The notes under the pieces were generated by a model. The model ran no database searches. It had not been told where the DNA came from and was given only the letters and a program-made list of their open reading frames with translations. Shown here piece after piece: positions 1 to 10,500 of a stretch of 64,000 bases of DNA. The stretch comes from Giardia intestinalis. Lineage: Eukaryota. The stretch lies in NCBI GenBank assembly GCA_000002435.2, contig CM018793.1. One strand, written 5' to 3'. Numbering within the stretch: the stretch's first letter is position 1; the number at the start of each line of letters is the position of its first letter. Both the position numbers and the translations under genes were made by a program.

Positions 1-388
1 GCGAGTCGCTCAAAGCGAAGGCATGGTTCAGATCCTGCGGGTGCTTGACGCGCGAGTGCCTGCTGGCGGTCTCTGCAGCAGCCTGAATCCCGTTGAGGCG
101 GCGAGCAGTCTCGATGCGAACAGAATCGTTCAGGGGCTCCTCGTGGTGTCTGAACTCCCTGCGGACGTAGGAAATTCCGGATCTGTGCTCAGGTCTGGGA
201 TCAGCGTAACAGTTAAAGGTTTGCTCGAAGTTCATTATTTTTATTTTGGTGTGGCGCGTAAAGGAGGCTCCTGTTTTGCGCGCGTTTTCTTTTGCGCATA
301 AAAGAACGAATGGCTTTGCTGTGGACTATGGAGAAAAGAACCATTTGCAGTGGCGGGTTCGTGACTGTAAAGGTCTTTGACCAAGCCA

Positions 389-2422
389 TTACAGGGTTTG
401 ATGTCCGCCACCCATGATAGTTCTTATTGCATCTCCATCGTTCATCCTTATGTAGCTAGTACCTTTTGAAGACGCCTGTTTGGCAGGTTCTCGCCTTTTC
501 CCTCTGCAAGCAAGGAAGTATATGCAAAGCCCGCCTACGGTAAGAACTAGAAGAATAGGCACGATTACAGCCAGTGCTATCACGCTAGAGCTGGGGACGC
601 ACGTTATCCCATCAGAGCTCTTTTTAAATCCGTCCTTACAATTGCAGACATGCGTTCCAGTGTATGTTGATAGATCACAGACTCCACCCCCGCCGCAGAC
701 TTTCTCCGATTTAGACGACGCACCAAAGCATGCACTAGGCCAACACAGTCCCGTTGATGAATCAAGTCTATATGTATTTGCGCAACTACATTGCCATTCA
801 TCAGATCCTAAACTTGTCTCAAGACACTGCCCACCGATGCCACATGGGAGATTCCTTTCTCCACGCACCTCGATTGGACAACTAGGGTGCCAGCACTGAG
901 CACCTAGTAAGAGGTAGCCGGCTTCGCATACGCACCCAAAAGAATCGGAGGATTCGTCGTATGAACATGTCCCCCGATTGCTGCACACAAGGCCGTTGTA
1001 GAAGCAGGACTCGTGTGCACAAACACTAGCTTTAGTGCCATTGGAGAAAACCTGCGTAGCTAGTTCAGTCATCGTATCACATTCAGTGCAGAACTCGCCA
1101 GTATATCCCTTGGGACACATGCAAACAGTACTCCCAGCAGACCTAGAATCTCGCCCTTTGCGGTGAGTTAACAAACTTATCGAGTCGTATTCAGCTTGTT
1201 TTAGCAGCCCCAATTGGAGGGCGTTGGAGGCGTCTATGCATACTCCACCATTTAAGCACTCGTTTCCTGGAGTAAGACAGTCACGTAGTGAGCACACATC
1301 ACCCATTCTTCCCGGTCTACAATTGCATTTGGCAGACTCTCCGTCTTCGACACAAGTGCCATAACCGCTGCATGCAACACCTGCGTTATCTATTCCGCAC
1401 GGATTCACGGCACAATCATTACCATAGAAAAACTTTGGGCATAGTTTGCAGACCATGTCACCAGTTGTTTCTATTACACAAACCCCTCCGTTGCATGCGT
1501 TGGGACTAATATCACAATTAAATGTCTCGCATGCAGATCCATAATGCCCCACCCTGCATTCGCACTGATAGATCGGCATTTCATTCTCCAACTTTGACCC
1601 AACAATACAGACTCCAGAGCCTGAACAGAGCCTTATATCACCGGTCTGGTAATCCTGCTCAACACCGCATGAGTTCAGGCCACAGTCCAGCCCGCTGAAT
1701 CCCTCAAGACACTTGCAGTGCGACGTGCTAGAAATATAGGGAGACGTAGTGAAAAAGCACGTTCCCCCATTTAAGCACGAGGAGTCATTGACACAGTTGA
1801 ATTCCTGGCAAAATACGCCAGTGAAGTGTGCTCTGCACTGACATTGGTACTCTCCTTCTTCGGTTTCCACGCATGTTCCTCCGGCGTTGCAAAGTATCCA
1901 CTTGGGATTATCATATTCATCTATGTAATTATAATCGGCTTGGGCGCCACAGTATACATTTTCGCACTTAGGTCCAGAGAAGCCAGTCAAGCATCGACAG
2001 CCACCCGTTGTACATATCCCGCGCTCGTTGCATACTGTTTCATGGCTTCCATTAAAAGTCCTGCAATTCTCGTGATCTTCCTGTCCAACGTGTACATCAC
2101 ATATGGCGCCACTAAAGGAACTAAGGCATGTGCAGCTGAATTCGCTACCAGTATCGGAGGCGCTCCGCCTGCAAAGACCATTGCTCGAGCAGTAAGTGTA
2201 TGGGATATTAGCCTCTGGATCGTCAAGGAGGGTTGGGTCAGTGCCTTCTTTGAGAGATACGCCACACCTGTTTATCTCACAGCTACTACCTTGTACCCCG
2301 AAGGGACACTCACACTTACCATTGTCATTGCAGCGCCCTATCGATGAGCAGTCCTTATAGGATGTGCATCCACTCGCTAAGACAACGGCGATGAGTACCC
2401 ATGCTGGCAGATTTGGCAGCAT
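389..2422 (-). CDS. High-cysteine membrane protein (Giardia HCMP/VSP-like): N-terminal signal peptide, a large CXXC/EGF-like Cys-rich ectodomain, one C-terminal transmembrane helix and a cytoplasmic tail beginning CRGKRREPAKQ
   Basis: 677-aa ORF with a true ATG start. The N-terminus MLPNLPAWVLIAVVLASGC is hydrophobic, and about 12% of residues are Cys, arranged in CxxC and EGF-like spacings (e.g. GKCECPFGVQGSSCEINRC). A C-terminal transmembrane helix (VIALAVIVPILLVLTVGGLCIYFLA) is followed by CRGKRREPAKQ..., which matches the CRGK signature of Giardia VSP/HCMP families with the longer HCMP-type tail. An AT-rich initiator TTTTTAGATAGAAAATAAAAAGATCTAT lies directly upstream of the ATG on the minus strand. 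Confidence 0.85.
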   Translation of the reverse strand: MLPNLPAWVLIAVVLASGCTSYKDCSSIGRCNDNGKCECPFGVQGSSCEINRCGVSLKEGTDPTLLDDPEANIPYTYCSSNGLCRRSASDTGSEFSCTCLSSFSGAICDVHVGQEDHENCRTFNGSHETVCNERGICTTGGCRCLTGFSGPKCENVYCGAQADYNYIDEYDNPKWILCNAGGTCVETEEGEYQCQCRAHFTGVFCQEFNCVNDSSCLNGGTCFFTTSPYISSTSHCKCLEGFSGLDCGLNSCGVEQDYQTGDIRLCSGSGVCIVGSKLENEMPIYQCECRVGHYGSACETFNCDISPNACNGGVCVIETTGDMVCKLCPKFFYGNDCAVNPCGIDNAGVACSGYGTCVEDGESAKCNCRPGRMGDVCSLRDCLTPGNECLNGGVCIDASNALQLGLLKQAEYDSISLLTHRKGRDSRSAGSTVCMCPKGYTGEFCTECDTMTELATQVFSNGTKASVCAHESCFYNGLVCSNRGTCSYDESSDSFGCVCEAGYLLLGAQCWHPSCPIEVRGERNLPCGIGGQCLETSLGSDEWQCSCANTYRLDSSTGLCWPSACFGASSKSEKVCGGGGVCDLSTYTGTHVCNCKDGFKKSSDGITCVPSSSVIALAVIVPILLVLTVGGLCIYFLACRGKRREPAKQASSKGTSYIRMNDGDAIRTIMGGGHQTL

Positions 2423-2516
2423 AGATCTTTTTATTTTCTATCTAAAAAGAGTATGCGAAACACAGGTTTGCACTTGTATTAGTGCATTCGCATTAGTATC
2501 ATATCATTGGTACCCC

Positions 2517-3428
2517 TTATTCTGCTTTAATCAGTTCTTTTAAGGTTAAGCCCTTGAGCAGTATCTTATCATATGCTTCGCCAGGATGGAAGAACCCCAT
2601 TTCCACAAGGTCGCTGATGTAGATTCCTATGAGAGATGATGAAAATTGATGGGGAGTGATGATAGTACGTATGGTTCGTAGGCCCTTGTACTTGAACACA
2701 GGACTAAACGCAGGATCTGTGAGCATCCAAAGGCATCTACTAAGCCTAGTGAGAGGAGCAATTATCTTTTCTGTTATGTCAGCGTTGCTAATTCCTGCGC
2801 CTACTTGTTGGACCTTATTAAGGTGTGAAGGCTTAACAGCCATTAGAGCCAGGTTAAATAACACTGATAAAAGACAGTCGGAGTGAATCTCATTATTTAA
2901 AGGGTCAGCTCTGTAGCGGTCCCCGAGAGTTAGCACATTTTCTGTTAGACACTTTGTGAGAGGAAATGCTTCAAGAGGGAAGTCCAGAGCACCGTTTGAA
3001 ATTAGAATGACGTCAAGCACTGCAGATATCTTTGGTATAAACATGAAAAGAAAAGATTGGAGGTCTTTTGAAAAGCGGTTAATTACTAAGCTTCCGGCGG
3101 CTTTATGGGCGGCCAAAATATCTGATAAGATAAGGTCGTATGAGCTGTCGTCAATGGTTACGTGAAACATTAGGTCATCAGTAACACTGATTAATATTGA
3201 ATTGGGAAACAAAAACTGTTCTACAGCTCTAAGAATGTGGACAACGAAGCTTGTGATGCTATCTTGGTTGTCTAGCATCGTTTCTCCTGGGGCAGAAAAC
3301 TTCAAAATGGAGTATAGACGGCATGAAACAGGGTGTCTGTTGTAAGATAAACCGGGAACAGCTGCATATGCCAAGAGCCCATTTCTCCTCCAATCTAAAG
3401 CTTCCTTTGAACAAGTAAGCACCTCCAT
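2517..3428 (-). CDS. Hypothetical protein, 303 aa, no family recognised
   Basis: Long ORF with a true ATG and an AT-rich initiator (…CACAAAAATAAAAAGAG-ATG). Composition is protein-like. I found no recognisable motif. Confidence 0.5.
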   Translation of the reverse strand: MEVLTCSKEALDWRRNGLLAYAAVPGLSYNRHPVSCRLYSILKFSAPGETMLDNQDSITSFVVHILRAVEQFLFPNSILISVTDDLMFHVTIDDSSYDLILSDILAAHKAAGSLVINRFSKDLQSFLFMFIPKISAVLDVILISNGALDFPLEAFPLTKCLTENVLTLGDRYRADPLNNEIHSDCLLSVLFNLALMAVKPSHLNKVQQVGAGISNADITEKIIAPLTRLSRCLWMLTDPAFSPVFKYKGLRTIRTIITPHQFSSSLIGIYISDLVEMGFFHPGEAYDKILLKGLTLKELIKAE

Positions 3429-3543
3429 CTCTTTTTATTTTTGTGAAGTCGGCTAACTATCTCTCCCTGCACTTCTACGAGTGCAGGTCTATGCCCTGAA
3501 AAAACAAAATCTCGAAATAGACAAAATCTGGAATTGAGACTTT

Positions 3544-5109
3544 ATGGATTGCAAGACAGTGAACCTTTACACCACTAGCATGTCGGCAAACGAGCTTGCT
3601 GCGTGTCTTCGTGTAAAGGAGGTCAGCAGCTCCCACTCATCGCCTTATATAGGCAGGTATGTATCGTTACTTTCAGAGCCTAACCTTTCCCACAGAACGC
3701 GCCAGGATAATCCTTTTTTGACCCCCGTGCAACAAGTAGCTAAACAGATTGTGGAGCTACGGCCAGCTCCTGTCTCTGCTGTTGCGACTCTGTCGAATTC
3801 TGCGTTGTCTCGTCAGTCCGGTTATTCTTCTAATAAGCACTCGATGAATACTGTACTTTCTGCACGGAAAGAAACAGGTAAGCTAGCTGAGGGCTGTTCG
3901 CTAACGACCACTGGGCCATCATCTCGGGCAATTTCTAGTTACAAACCAGCAATCCGAAACCTATGTCCCCAACCAGAGTCACATCCTCGGGATTATAGTA
4001 CGCTTAAGATAGTCAGCAGACTGCCAAGTGCCTCAGACCATGTTCTTCGACCAACCACAACGGCTACTGCGCCTTATCTACTTGCTCCCGGAGGACAGTA
4101 TATTTCACAGTTAGTTATTTCTAGAAGTTCGTCGCAGCTCAACCGGCCATCAACAGGCTCTGGTTCTAGAGTACCTTCAATTCGTCCTGCCTCTTTCTCT
4201 ATGTCAACCAGTAATAGCACGACATCGTGCGTCTCACAAACTTCCCAGGCTACACATAGTTCACTAGTACCACTTAATACGCTTGAGAACGACGAGCTAG
4301 ATGCCCGTGAACGAGAATTAGAATTAGAGCTACAACGAATCCAAGTGGAGCGCCAAGCTCGAGCGGTAATTAAAGCATCAGCACAGCTACAGAAAGAACC
4401 ACCTGATCAGACAAATAACCCCCTTATAGATTTACCCGTTCGACTATCCGTGCCAGCAGAAGCTGCGAAGAGTAGTGCATCTACACGAACCATAGTAGAA
4501 TCAGCAAATATACACACAAACGATCCATTAGTAAGCTCCTTGACTGCGTTGTCAAGGTCTTCGTCTAGAAATGTGTTCTTGGAGTCATATGTAGCAGAGG
4601 AAACTGTACGCAGGTGTCTCCAGAGATCCAATATGACTGGGTCACAACCATTAGCCAGCCACAGTGGTGAAGACGTATGTTCCTCTCAAGCCAGCATCCT
4701 CACTGCTGTTCATTTAGAGCAAACAAACACAGAAGATCGAAGCAGCCCACAGGTGGCAGCATGCGCCCTAAAGAGATTGATTTCGGAGCTTCTGGAGCAC
4801 CCCCGGGCAATGTCCCCAACTGCGGACCGTTCAGGGACATTCACGAAGCAAAGTGTGGAATCTCAGTCAGAATCTAGCAGTCCATATCTAAATACGTATT
4901 CAGCGCGAGACTATGTGACACACGAAGACGTCCTCTCTGTTTTTGACGAAGACAACTCTTTGAATTTTAATCGGTTTAAGTACCTAGCAAAGAAATTCTA
5001 TGGACGTATAAGCAAAGCAAAACTCTGGTCCGTTGCAAAGGAGATAGACTTGATGGATAGCATAGACGAGAAGGTAGACTATTTGTATTCGTTCTTATTC
5101 AACAGGTGA
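3544..5109 (+). CDS. Hypothetical Ser/Thr-rich protein with a central coiled-coil segment
   Basis: 521-aa ORF with an ATG start preceded by AATCTGGAATTGAGACTTT. Long S/T-rich low-complexity tracts surround a heptad-like stretch (ELDARERELELELQRIQVERQARAVIKA). The 3' end overlaps the convergent gene at 5099..5887 by 11 bp. Confidence 0.55.
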   Translation: MDCKTVNLYTTSMSANELAACLRVKEVSSSHSSPYIGRYVSLLSEPNLSHRTRQDNPFLTPVQQVAKQIVELRPAPVSAVATLSNSALSRQSGYSSNKHSMNTVLSARKETGKLAEGCSLTTTGPSSRAISSYKPAIRNLCPQPESHPRDYSTLKIVSRLPSASDHVLRPTTTATAPYLLAPGGQYISQLVISRSSSQLNRPSTGSGSRVPSIRPASFSMSTSNSTTSCVSQTSQATHSSLVPLNTLENDELDARERELELELQRIQVERQARAVIKASAQLQKEPPDQTNNPLIDLPVRLSVPAEAAKSSASTRTIVESANIHTNDPLVSSLTALSRSSSRNVFLESYVAEETVRRCLQRSNMTGSQPLASHSGEDVCSSQASILTAVHLEQTNTEDRSSPQVAACALKRLISELLEHPRAMSPTADRSGTFTKQSVESQSESSSPYLNTYSARDYVTHEDVLSVFDEDNSLNFNRFKYLAKKFYGRISKAKLWSVAKEIDLMDSIDEKVDYLYSFLFNR

Positions 5110-5887
5110 ACATAAACTGTCCGCCCTCTTTCGCACGTCTATTGAAGGTGTCTAAGAGGGTGAGAATCTTCATCTGCTCTAGCTCTATGTCGAGAAGAAT
5201 GTGTTCTATTGATACGGGCTCGTCCGTCGCAGTGCCATCTCCAAAGACGAACGGGGCTCGTTCTCGTTTGCGCCCAGCCTTGAAGACGAACGGCGTGCTG
5301 GCCAAAAGGTTCGTAATGTCATATAAACGTCTTGTCTCTACTCCAGTCAGCTTATGCAGTTCATAAAAGGTTGCTTTTCCGCACCGCTGGAGCGCCTCAA
5401 CAACCTTTCTGGTCATAGCATCGAGCCCCTCATGCGCTCCCTGGCGTTGGGGACGTGTGCTCGATATACATGGGTATGCTCTTTTTGCAAGTGGCTCCAA
5501 CGATGATATTCCCTCAAAGACTTGGTGAGTAGCGCCCTCCCTGTTTGTGTTTGTTGTAGTTAGTGCACGTTTTGAACCAATCATACTAGCCATATCAGAT
5601 GCCTTTTGCTGGAGATTGGTGTCCAGATAGGCTGGCGTCGCGGGTCCCGGATGTGGATATATGTCTGTTATCATTTCCTCATGCCAGTGCATCGGGAACT
5701 GCACCGAATGAGAGAAGGAGGGAGGTCTGAATTCGTTTGTACAGCCAAGTAAATTAGCTGGGAAGTGAGATTCACAGACTGCCGAAAACGCATACAGGTC
5801 ATCACCGCCAACGGTGTGCTCAGATACATCTTGAATATAAGCCGGGGAGTCGCGGCCTGCAGATGGGCCGGGAGACTTGGTGGTCAT
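5099..5887 (-). CDS. E2F/DP-family winged-helix DNA-binding protein (putative transcription factor)
   Basis: The C-terminal region (…VVEALQRCGKATFYELHKLTGVETRRLYDITNLLASTPFVFKAGRKRERAPFVF…) matches the E2F/DP DNA-binding-domain core (…KRRIYDITNVLEGI…). True ATG with an AT-rich initiator (CATTTTATATTAAACCAA-ATG). Confidence 0.55.
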   Translation of the reverse strand: MTTKSPGPSAGRDSPAYIQDVSEHTVGGDDLYAFSAVCESHFPANLLGCTNEFRPPSFSHSVQFPMHWHEEMITDIYPHPGPATPAYLDTNLQQKASDMASMIGSKRALTTTNTNREGATHQVFEGISSLEPLAKRAYPCISSTRPQRQGAHEGLDAMTRKVVEALQRCGKATFYELHKLTGVETRRLYDITNLLASTPFVFKAGRKRERAPFVFGDGTATDEPVSIEHILLDIELEQMKILTLLDTFNRRAKEGGQFMFTC

Positions 5888-6769
5888 TTGGTTTAATATA
5901 AAATGTCTCGAGAGGTGCCAAAGCTATGATAGTAACCCATTGCATATTAATGCGACACTTATGAAGATTTCAGTGGATACCTTTCTTTTAAAAATGGAAA
6001 CCCAAAAGAATTAAAACCATTTTCTCTAATCCCGTGGATCAGTTGACCTGAAGGTGTGGGCGCCGGAATAGCTGTGGAATCTCCCTTATTATGGCCTTTC
6101 TGTGCTATAGTATCAGTGTTGGTCTTCTACCGCAGCTTTTTGTGTCTTTGCAAAGACTTACGAAGTCTACACAACTCAAGTAATCTATTGTATTAATCTA
6201 CCAAGTAGTCAACTAATGAAATTATTCTATCGCCACTGAGAAGCTATACAATTGTGGGCAGATGTGTGTTCTGTTTCTCTTCTTTTTATCTACGTTCTGA
6301 TTGAACCTGCTCTTTTGTTATCGAACTACTACACCTTAATGCAAGAACATTTTTTAATATCTGGTCTTTTGTGGCCATTAGTCGACGGGTATTTGGTCCT
6401 TATTAGTAGTTGCAGGAGACTATTGCCTCAGATTATGTTTATAGGGTGGATATAGATTGAAGTGAAAAAACCACTTTCAGAAGCAGAAGCCTGCAAGATA
6501 AAGAACTTCACTATCTTTGCAATTAGTCTAACGGACGGAAAAGATTTGAACAGTTGTTAAGAGCTTTTACATAACCCTCGTCACTGCTTAAGGCTTAACT
6601 ATCAAGAAATTATGGTTTCTTCTCCATCCTGTTGCACCAGGGCATAACGACGCAGTAGTTTTGGAAACGGCTGCATATAGTTCCGCTTAAGTGACGCGAT
6701 AGGCGCCTGCCAACGTTTGATCATTGTCTAAGTTCAGCTTCGTTTCCACATCGGCAAAGACTCCAGCAA

Positions 6770-7582
6770 ATGGAAAAGAAAATGGACAGCACTGCAGATA
6801 ATCTGATCATACGCCCAGACCACTTATCATCCACGCTGAGTATTTACGGTCCCTTGAGCCCGAGATACCCTTCCTCGCCATCACAGTATCTTCAGAAACA
6901 GATCCCCAGAGTGTCCTGTGCTGCTGATACTGCGTGTGCGTCGGTACTGCTGAAGCTTAAGTCCTCTCGGGTCATTAAGTTGTGGAGCCCTCAGGAGGAG
7001 GCCATGCTCATTTCCTTTTACGGTTATTTTCAGAGTAGCTGGAGTCTTTATCGTCCATACTTTGACCGTACAGTGTCGTCCATAAAGATGAAGTATCATA
7101 GCATCTCTAGAAACCGACGTAGTTTGGTCAGGAACGCTGCTACAACTTTCAAACCAGACGAGGATCGGGTGCAGTGCAGTGGACCATCCATACTTATGAC
7201 AAACAGACTCGAGGCAATGAGGTACATTGAGCGTCTAGAAACCGTGGCTGCAGGTAATCCTGCGCTAGCTCTTCAATTGATGCGCATCTGTGGAACCTCC
7301 GCAGAATTAGACCAATTTACACAACAATTTGCATGTGATCTGCAAAGAGCAGATATGCACGAGGTCCTCAGCTCAATACCGCCTCTTCAGTCCGGTGGCG
7401 CACCAGCTGGCTTCGGTGCTGGTATCGCATATCGACAGGGGGCCCAGACTGACTTTACTTCTTATTCTGTCAATCAGTGCAGCACGTCACCAACAAACTA
7501 CCCTGTAATAAGGGATCCTAGTGTATCTTTGTTCACAGCTGACTTTCTCTCGATGGATTCTGCCTATAATCCTGACCTGTGA
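6770..7582 (+). CDS. Myb/SANT-like domain protein (putative DNA-binding/chromatin factor)
   Basis: The segment LWSPQEEAMLISFYGYFQSSWSLYRPYFDRTVSSIKMKYHSI follows the SANT/Myb pattern W-x2-EE-x2-L…W…R-T…K-x-Y. The rest of the protein is unassigned. 270-aa ORF with an ATG start. Confidence 0.45.
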   Translation: MEKKMDSTADNLIIRPDHLSSTLSIYGPLSPRYPSSPSQYLQKQIPRVSCAADTACASVLLKLKSSRVIKLWSPQEEAMLISFYGYFQSSWSLYRPYFDRTVSSIKMKYHSISRNRRSLVRNAATTFKPDEDRVQCSGPSILMTNRLEAMRYIERLETVAAGNPALALQLMRICGTSAELDQFTQQFACDLQRADMHEVLSSIPPLQSGGAPAGFGAGIAYRQGAQTDFTSYSVNQCSTSPTNYPVIRDPSVSLFTADFLSMDSAYNPDL

Positions 7583-7587
7583 CATTT

Positions 7588-10500
7588 CTATACATTCATG
7601 CTTATCGCTGGGGCATCCATGGTGACCACGGTCTTATCTACGCCCTTCAATACCTCACCATTGATGATTATTTTGTTATTAGCGTTGTACTTCTGAATGG
7701 GTAAAAAGGGGGCTTCAAAGAGCATTGACAGACATGCGAGTAACGTGAAGAATACCATGCATTTTTCCGTAGCGAAGAATACTACGACACATATGAGAAT
7801 TATAATCACAGTAAGAAGCCGCTTTGTGAGTACATTTTGGAGATATGCGAACAGTCTGTATGGTCTGCCCGTCAACAGAGTAAACGGTATTAGTGATAGA
7901 GTACTACAACAGAGGAGTGCGGCTGCATCGTACAGGATGTATCCTAGATAACCTGTCGCATTGACACTCGCTCCACTGAGATGAAACGGTGCTCTGATAA
8001 TACTATACATGCACCGCAGTATTATGCTACCATACAACGCCACACAGACATTCGTTACTAGTTGCAATCTAGCCACATCACTAAGAGAAGACCCGCTTCC
8101 CCCCGTACCGAAGTACCCACCAATGGCACGCACACTAACAGGCGTACCACTGCTTGATCTAGAAGATCCTGGTGAAAGCTCAACTGCAGGAAGCAGAAGA
8201 GAGGTGAGGGACAAAAGAACGACAACAACCGGCGCATAGCTCCACATGGAAAGAAGCACACACGAAGTAGCGATAAATAGTCCCACATTGAGCCTCAGAT
8301 ATCGAAGTCCATTGGAAAGGCCGCCAATCCAATAGCATAGATATGTATCCCTCAGTTGAATGCTTCCATTAGGCTCCACAACAAACAAATCCCTAACAGT
8401 CCAGAGGCTATCTAACAAATCTGCAGAGGCCTTGACCTTTATCGTGGGATCCTTGTGTCCCTGTTCTACAAGCGGATAGAGAGCCATTCGTATGTAAAGC
8501 TCACGGTTAAACCACAATCTGGAAAGAAAGGCAAGCGCATTTGTGCTCCAAAGACCAAGTAAGTAGTCCTGAGGAACATAGAGTAACGATACTGCATTAA
8601 GCAGCTCTGGAACAAAACATAATGCTACGAACGCCAATCCAGCTACGGATGCAGGGAGGGTCATGATGCCCACCAGGCCTATGGTATAGACAATGGTTAT
8701 TGGATAACGAGATGACAACCCTATTAACATTAGCAGGAGTAGCACGCTTGATACAATAAAGAGCGTGGTTGAATTCAACAGCGTTACGAGCACAGGGGAG
8801 ATAGCAATACAGACCACAATTCCTAAGGAAATAGCCAACATTTCAGGGGTCAATACAGCTTCAGCTCCATAGAAGTGCAGCAGCGAGGGAGCAGTCAAGA
8901 ACATTCCAGCCAACGACCCTGTGATCAAGGCTATTAGACTAACTTGAAGATTTGGTAGGCTGAACAAACGCCTAAGGATGGTAGAATGAGAAAAAGTATC
9001 TTCCTTGGTATCCTTCTCTTTGCTGGAGGAATTGGTGGCCGCAAAAACACCAGATACACGCATTAGGCCATATAGCAATGAAGTCCAGATACACAGGCCA
9101 ACTAACGTCGTCAGTACGAAACGCAGCACTATCATTGTCTTCGGGTATGCAGTATACTGCTCGATGTGTGCACTGTGGAACCCACGATAGACAGTTAAAA
9201 GGAGCAGGCTTGGGTCACCCTGAGGGACATATCCTACCAGCATGAGAAAACCTGTGCAAAGTAAGGGAGTTATGTTGCAGAAAATTACTAGCAACAAACT
9301 TGCAAAAAGCGCAATCAAACCAAAGGATATCCTTGCAGCTTTCTTACGTCTTTGAGACGCGGCGGATAATGCAGCAAGTCCACTCTCAGAAAACGGAATA
9401 AAGAGCGAAATAAACAAGAGGACGTAGCACACTAAGCTAATTAACAAATAGCTACCACGTATTTTATATCCAATATGGCGTAGCTTCCCTACGTTGACAA
9501 GCGTTACCAGAATCATGAAGATGGCCCGTACAAATATAACAAAGAATAGCTTCAGTGCAAGCTCCTTTCCGGTATACTTGGAGAGAAACGAGAGACAGTA
9601 GTATCCGCCAGTAGCTATCAAGAGGAGGCCGCTCAGAAGCGCAGCCGTTCTGGACTGCGAATAAAGGGTAATGAAGAACACACAAAAACAATGCATAAGC
9701 GCGTGGTGCCTGAGTGTGGATTTTGCCTTTTGATATTGCTGCATTATGGATGTACTTTCGGGTCTCGTATCGCCCCTGCCATCACTAGTATTACCACTAT
9801 TGAGCTGAGACACTTTCTCTTGCAGGGCGTAGGCAGTGAGCACGCTATCAGACCATCCGGGGAGAGCTGCGGATGATAAGAATGCGTTGCATATCAAGTG
9901 GATAATAAAGTATGCCATATAATGGCGCCCAGGGCTGATGTTTATGGTCAGTGTGATGTACTCAGCCGCGAGAAATGCATAGGGTGCATAAGGTTTCCCT
10001 TCAGTCATGGCGGAGATTGCTTGCAAAGAGCATAGAATGGCTCCTCCCACTGCCGTAAAGGGATTGAATAGAGGGCTAAGCAATAAGAGAAGATAGAAGA
10101 CAGTGCTATTTGCGACCATTATGCACCTTGAGGAGAGGTATGAATAGATGGCAGTGCACGGAGCCAAGAAGAGAACAACCTCATAAGGCAATAGAGTTAA
10201 AGTGATGCAGAGATTGCAGCAAAATATGCAAGGAGCCCAGATAAGATCACCGAAGACGGGTTTGTGCAGCAAAAGAGAAACACCTATCTTTAGTTTTTCA
10301 AAACGCCTCTTGCTCGTGGCCGCTATAGTCTTCTCCTTACCATCTGGACTGAGTTCAGATTTGTATAAAACTTGCTGCTCTTTGGCTCGATCAGAAAATT
10401 TAACATAACCTTGCTTAAATATTCTTGGGGAGAGCTCCCGAAGATACAGGCCTTTCTTCATAAAGTAGAGGATAAGGGCGGAAAGGGAGAGTGTCAAGGT

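Noticed and set aside
23-301. 92-aa ORF at the window start, open to the left edge
   Set aside because: No recognisable motif and odd composition. It could be the 3' end of a gene truncated by the window, but nothing supports calling it.
3655-3685. GTATGT…CTTTCAG resembling a spliceosomal intron 5' site and polypyrimidine/AG
   Set aside because: The ORF is continuous through it, and the diplomonad-type fused branch/3' motif (CTRACACACAG-like) is absent. I found no convincing intron anywhere in the window.
6252-6455. 67-aa hydrophobic ORF in the long intergenic region
   Set aside because: The track ORF starts at a TTG, and the first true ATG leaves only about 38 codons with no initiator motif. 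It is unlikely to be a gene.
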